DNA of 12,273 nucleotides from Candidatus Hydrogenedentota bacterium (GTDB lineage Bacteria; Hydrogenedentota; Hydrogenedentia; Hydrogenedentales; SLHB01): NCBI GenBank assembly GCA_045863295.1, contig BTWA01000068.1, positions 1 to 12,273 of the forward strand, read 5' to 3'. Shown piece by piece: positions 7,973 to 12,273 of this stretch (position 1 is its first letter; each line of letters starts with the position of its first letter). The notes under the pieces were generated by a model. It saw only the letters and a program-made list of their open reading frames with translations, ran no database searches and was not told where the DNA came from. The position numbers and the translations under genes were made by a program.

Positions 7973-9397
7973 ATGCATAAGGATTTCACACCAAAGGACG
8001 TGCTGGATCTGATCAAGAAGGAGGAAGTGAAGTTCGTTGATATACGCTTCATGGACTTCCCCGGCTTGATGCAGCATTTCAGCATTCCGGCATCGGAATT
8101 GAGCGAGAGCACGTTTGAGGAAGGACTGGGCTTCGACGGATCGAGTATCCGCGGTTGGAAATCGATTCACGAGAGCGACATGTTGGTCATGCCCGATCCG
8201 AAGACGGCGACCATCGATCCATTTTCGACGCTCAAGACCGTAATCTTGTACAGCAACATTTTGGACCCGATTACGAAAGAGCGCTATTCGCGCTGCCCGC
8301 GTTGCATTGCGCAAAAAGCGGAGAACTACCTCATTTCGACGGGTCTGGGCGATACGGCGTTTTACGGCCCGGAAGCCGAGTTTTTCATTTTCGACGACGT
8401 CCGCTATGTATCCAATTCGAGCACGCAGGCCTACAGCATCGACAGCGTCGAGGCCATCTGGAACAGCGGGCGCGACGAGGGCCCGAACCTCGGCTACAAG
8501 CTTCGCCACAAGGAAGGCTATTTCCCGGTACCGCCGTCTGACTCCCAGCACAATTTGCGCGCGGAGATGGTGGACATCATGTTGCAGTGCGGTTTGCCGA
8601 TTGAATGCCACCACCACGAGGTCGCGACGGCGGGCCAGGCCGAAATCGATTTGCGTTTCGGAGCGCTGACGATGATGGCCGATCAACTGACGATGTACAA
8701 GTACATCATCAAGAACACGGCATTTAAGAATGGCAAGACAGTGACGTTCATGCCGAAGCCGATGTACGGCGACAACGGTTCGGGCATGCACACCCATATG
8801 AGTATCTGGAAAGACGGCAAGAATACCTTCGCGGGCGACAAGTATGCCGGGTTGAGCCAGGAAGCGTTGTGGTACATCGGCGGTCTGCTGAAGCATGCGC
8901 CGGGCCTTGTGGCCATTACAAACCCGACGACGAACTCGTACAAGCGCCTCGTGCCCGGGTATGAAGCGCCGGTGAATCTGGCGTATTCCAGCCGGAACCG
9001 GTCGGCGTGCTGCCGCATTCCGGTGTATTCGGCGAGCCCGAAGGCCAAGCGCGTGGAATTGCGCGTGCCGGATCCTTCGTGCAACCCGTATCTGGCGTTC
9101 GCGGCGATGTTGATGGCCGGACTCGACGGCATACAGAACAAGATCGATCCGGGCTTGCCCATGGACAAAGATCTGTACGACTTGCCGCCGGAAGAGAAGG
9201 CGAAGATTCCTCAGACGCCCGGCAGTTTGCACGACGCGCTGAACGAGTTGGAGAAGGATCACGATTACCTGTTGAAGGGCGACGTGTTCACGGCAGACGT
9301 GTTGGAAACGTGGATCGAGTACAAGCGCACGGCGGAAGTGCTGCCCGTGGCGTTGCGTCCGCATCCCTACGAGTTCCACTTGTACTACGATATTTAA
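7973..9397 (+). CDS. glnA: Glutamine synthetase type I (GSI-beta-like)
   Basis: [62 protein letters not shown], adenylylation-site-like [11 protein letters not shown]; start probably ATG 7973 after GGAGAG (ORF track begins 7961). Confidence 0.98.
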   Translation: MHKDFTPKDVLDLIKKEEVKFVDIRFMDFPGLMQHFSIPASELSESTFEEGLGFDGSSIRGWKSIHESDMLVMPDPKTATIDPFSTLKTVILYSNILDPITKERYSRCPRCIAQKAENYLISTGLGDTAFYGPEAEFFIFDDVRYVSNSSTQAYSIDSVEAIWNSGRDEGPNLGYKLRHKEGYFPVPPSDSQHNLRAEMVDIMLQCGLPIECHHHEVATAGQAEIDLRFGALTMMADQLTMYKYIIKNTAFKNGKTVTFMPKPMYGDNGSGMHTHMSIWKDGKNTFAGDKYAGLSQEALWYIGGLLKHAPGLVAITNPTTNSYKRLVPGYEAPVNLAYSSRNRSACCRIPVYSASPKAKRVELRVPDPSCNPYLAFAAMLMAGLDGIQNKIDPGLPMDKDLYDLPPEEKAKIPQTPGSLHDALNELEKDHDYLLKGDVFTADVLETWIEYKRTAEVLPVALRPHPYEFHLYYDI

Positions 9398-9422
9398 ACC
9401 CACGGTATTGGGCCACCCATCC

Positions 9423-9462
9423 GGACGCCCGCTTCCGCACGGAGGCGGGCGTCCTTTCGTTT
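9423..9462 (+). terminator. Rho-independent terminator after glnA
   Basis: 14-bp GC-rich stem GGACGCCCGCTTCC/GGAGGCGGGCGTCC (one G-U), 4-nt loop, then TTTCGTTT. Confidence 0.88.
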
Positions 9463-9531
9463 GCCCGCCGGGATTTGGCACAATAGAGGCGAGCGCATTT
9501 CGGATCCGGAATAACTTGGAGAATTCAGCGT

Positions 9532-10476
9532 ATGTCCTCAACCATGAATCGCAGACACTTTCTGCAGACGGGCGCCTTGGCGGCCGGCGCCACGGCAACC
9601 GTGCCGGCAATGGCTCAGTCCGTTGAGCAACCCAAGTACCAGAACGGCACGAGCCCTTGGCCGCTGTGCATGAACACCAGCACGATTCGCCCCGCCACGC
9701 TGGAACAGAAAGTGGAGGCGTCCGCCAAGGCCGGCTACGACGCGATGGAACTGTGGGTCGGTGACCTCGAAGAATATGAGAAGGCGGGTAATGACGTTAA
9801 GGCCCTCGGCCAGCGCATCAAGGATCACGGCATGTTCGTGATTGACGTGATCGGCCTGTGGGATTGCCTGCCTCCCACGCAGGAAGAGTATGACGCGATC
9901 ATGCCGACCACCCGCAAGCGCATGGAACTCTCCGCGGCGGTGGGTTCGAAGCACGTGGCCACGCTCCCCCTTCCCAACCGCGACACGTTCGATATGGCCT
10001 GGGCCACGGAGAAGTACCGGGAACTGCTGAACATTGGCCGCAATGATTACGGCATTCTCCCGTCGTTCGAGTTTGTCAGCCTGTTCAAGACGGTATTCAA
10101 GATGGGTCAAGCGGCGTGCATCGCCATCGACGCCAACGACCCGGACGCCTCCATCGTGGCCGACACGTTTCACATGCACAAGGGCGGCGGCGGATTCGAA
10201 GGCGTGCGGCACCTCGACGGCCGGTTTATTTCCACGTTTCACTGGAACGACGTTGCTGGCGACCTCCCCCCCGCTGAACTGGGCGACAAGGATCGCATTC
10301 TCCCCGGCGACGGCATCCTACCGCTGAAAAGCGTGCTGCAACAACTGAAAGACATCGGCTACACCGGCCCGATCTCGCTCGAGCTGTTCAATCGAACCCA
10401 TTGGGAAATGGATCCGAACGAAGTCGCCGTGCTGGGCATCGAAAGCATGCGCAAGCAAGTGGCCGAGTTTGTGTGA
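9532..10476 (+). CDS. Sugar phosphate isomerase/epimerase (xylose isomerase-like TIM barrel, IolI-like) with twin-arginine leader
   Basis: NRRHFL Tat motif, then an Ala-rich stretch and AMA cleavage-like site; metal-ligand motifs SFEF, DTFH, FHWND, RILPGDG, SLELF; GGAGA RBS. Confidence 0.88.
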   Translation: MSSTMNRRHFLQTGALAAGATATVPAMAQSVEQPKYQNGTSPWPLCMNTSTIRPATLEQKVEASAKAGYDAMELWVGDLEEYEKAGNDVKALGQRIKDHGMFVIDVIGLWDCLPPTQEEYDAIMPTTRKRMELSAAVGSKHVATLPLPNRDTFDMAWATEKYRELLNIGRNDYGILPSFEFVSLFKTVFKMGQAACIAIDANDPDASIVADTFHMHKGGGGFEGVRHLDGRFISTFHWNDVAGDLPPAELGDKDRILPGDGILPLKSVLQQLKDIGYTGPISLELFNRTHWEMDPNEVAVLGIESMRKQVAEFV

Positions 10477-11140
10477 TGGGCGGCGGAATCAACGCCGCCA
10501 CACGGGATGAGGTACGGCTGCGATTGATGCGCCTTACCACGCCCTAACTTCATCACGTCCCGCGGTCCCGGCGCGCACGTCGTGCGAGGCGGCGCACCGT
10601 AGGTTCGCTCTATACTTAAAGGCCGGCCTGTTGCACTGCCAAGTACCGGATTCGATTTAAGAGCGATGCATGCCACCGGATCGGTACCGGGGGGTGTGCA
10701 CTTATTCTTTTGACGATACAAGGGGGATAGAGGCGGCACGCGCGGCGGTAGTGGAGAGCAGGTAGGGCTGTCGCATACCTTCTCACTGGATGCACGGCCT
10801 CTGTGTCCCTCGTTGACTCGCCGTTGCACCGCATTTCAGGGGTGGGTTTCCGAGCGGCTTGCGCCTGGGAACGAGGGTGTCGATGGCTCCTATAGTTTGG
10901 GGCTTTTGTTGCATTTCCTTAGCGGATTGAAACAAGGGTATTTGATGGATTTGCGCGGTTTGCGCATTTGCGGGATGAGGGGGAATTGATTGGGGCACTG
11001 CGATTCGTAGTCTGTCAGTATCCATAGATATCGAGTACAGTATGCCGAACGTCCTCTCGGCATCTTGACTTGTACCTATCATGGATGTCCCTATTTTTCC
11101 CATGGTGTTTAGCGGACGCTTACGTAAGTACTTAATCTGT

Positions 11141-11551
11141 TTAACTGAATCCCCATCCAACACGTAATACGACATCATTCTTCATCAAGATGACGATATG
11201 ATTCTTCTGATAAAACAATCCCAGTGGACTGTGCGCCCCAACAAAAAACACAAACATATCGTCACGATCTGGCCTATCCCAATCCAATATCCCCAATCGC
11301 CTTTGGTTTAATTTCAAATATGCGGTTACATCACCTTCAGACATACCCGGTTTAACCTCGCGCATTATTACCGCCGCATTCTGAGTAAATCGCTCATACA
11401 TATATGCAGACAGAACACCTGACACCAGCGAAAGCGCCAACACAATTGCGACCGCGCGGACTGCCGATTTTCCACGCACATACTTAAATCCAACGAATAG
11501 CACCACCACCGCGACGATGATAATTGCAATTGCACCGGCTGGTTGGAACAC
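11141..11551 (-). CDS. Hypothetical membrane protein (2 N-terminal TM helices plus small soluble domain), possible immunity-type protein
   Basis: GTG at 11551 preceded by GGAGG; two hydrophobic segments; VKPGMSEGDV resembles the SmpA/OmlA-like xKxGMTxxEV motif; AT-richer than the housekeeping genes. Confidence 0.7.
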   Translation of the reverse strand: MFQPAGAIAIIIVAVVVLFVGFKYVRGKSAVRAVAIVLALSLVSGVLSAYMYERFTQNAAVIMREVKPGMSEGDVTAYLKLNQRRLGILDWDRPDRDDMFVFFVGAHSPLGLFYQKNHIVILMKNDVVLRVGWGFS

Positions 11552-11605
11552 TTCTACTTCCCTCCGTTTACTCATTCAGACCAGACATTGTCTAATCTCG
11601 AACAG

Positions 11606-12094
11606 CTACTTAGAAGCTGGCGTAAAGGGCGGCAAATTGTAGTATCGAAAAGGAGGGCCACCCATAGCCATCGTAGCGGCGGGCGATTCCGCGCCTTTGG
11701 GAAGAACTGTGTCCTGGAACGGTATAGACGGAATCCGGGCTTCTCCCAGATTCAGGGGATCGAACAAGGCAACGGGATCGGGTTGCGGCTGCCGGAATGG
11801 CGGTCGGAATCTCTCGGATTCCGAAACGTCTCTCGGCCACATCAGCGGGAGTATGGGTCTCTCTTGCGGGGCATCCGGCAAGGCTGCGAGCACTTCCGCC
11901 GCTCCCGCAGAATTTGGAATGAACGATGGCAATGTAATCGCCGACTCTACACGCAAGAACCCTCGAAACCGATGCATCCCCCGCATACAGCCCCTAATGG
12001 GCGTCACTTGGCGCCCGGTACAACATGGGACACCTAAACCTGTGCCGGACTTCCCCCATTTGCGCCTCCGTGGGCCAGCGCCCAAGTTGCGCAA
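11606..12094 (-). other. Pro-rich ORF of uncertain status, possible degenerate RHS C-terminal remnant
   Basis: Open frame ends 54 nt before the membrane-protein GTG start and contains PVALFDPLNL, similar to the RHS PxxxxDPxGL motif; no convincing start/RBS. Confidence 0.3.
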
Positions 12095-12133
12095 ACGAAT
12101 CCGTGCAAGACTTCAACCCAAGTAACTAGTACG

Positions 12134-12172
12134 GTTCTATCACGGATGGGGCGGGGTGTCAAGAAGTTTTTT
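12134..12172 (-). promoter_or_regulatory. Strong-looking sigma70 promoter pointing leftwards
   Basis: Minus strand AAAAAACTTC-TTGACA(12162-12157)-17 nt-TAGAAC(12139-12134) with TG extended -10 and an upstream A tract. Confidence 0.6.
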
Positions 12173-12273
12173 GGACGGAGATACGCAACCTTTAGCGCCG
12201 GGGGGCATGGTCATGGACGTGAGTTCGTTGGCGTTGTTGTAGGTGAAGGTGGTGGTGGTTTTGAGGTTGGAGC
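12140..12273 (-). pseudogene. 3' end of a YD/RHS-repeat protein fragment, apparently truncated mid-repeat (extends beyond window)
   Basis: Hand translation from 12271: SNLKTTTTFTYNNANELTSMTMPPGAKGCVSPSKKLLDTPPHP*; TTTFTYNNANELTS is a typical YD/RHS repeat with mostly C-ending codons, after which the sequence turns non-repeat and stops. Confidence 0.6.

Noticed and set aside
10908..10933. GTTGCATTTCCTTAGCGGATTGAAAC, with a CRISPR-repeat-like 3' end
   Set aside because: Single copy, no repeat-spacer periodicity, no cas genes in the window.
10783..11178. 131-aa minus-strand ORF
   Set aside because: Overlaps the membrane-protein gene end, runs through hairpins and the REP-like element, and has no clear RBS or domain; at most a remnant.
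11730..12060. Minus-strand snippets resembling RNase P RNA (GGGGAAGTCCGG) and a tmRNA 5' end (GGGGATGCATCGGTTTCGA)
   Set aside because: Other conserved RNase P regions are missing; no tmRNA T-arm/acceptor 3' end or tag peptide found.
11543..12125. Plus-strand ORFs of 164 and 142 aa
   Set aside because: Arg/Gly/Ser-rich shadow composition, opposite to the local minus-strand promoter and gene orientation.

Overview
GC-rich bacterial chromosomal window, mostly housekeeping, with an accessory right end. In order: a 5'-truncated Eis-like GNAT acetyltransferase (+); a 43-aa hydrophobic, Cys-bracketed small ORF missing from the ORF track (-); tRNA-Leu(CAA) with promoter and terminator; lon-engB (ATGA overlap); a convergent Gly-tailed RRM RNA-binding protein with a ~200-nt leader; an alkylglycerol monooxygenase (AGMO)-like sterol-desaturase-family enzyme; glnB-glnA behind a sigma54-type promoter with two tandem palindromic upstream sites; and a Tat-signal sugar-phosphate isomerase/epimerase. 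The last ~1.8 kb is hairpin-rich and partly AT-richer. On the minus strand it holds a truncated YD/RHS-repeat fragment, a strong-looking sigma70 promoter, an ORF of uncertain status and a small membrane protein resembling an immunity gene. The best leads are the small ORF at 1201-1332, the candidate enhancer motif upstream of glnB, the AGMO homolog and the decayed RHS-like locus. All family assignments come from motif recognition by eye; no searches were run.
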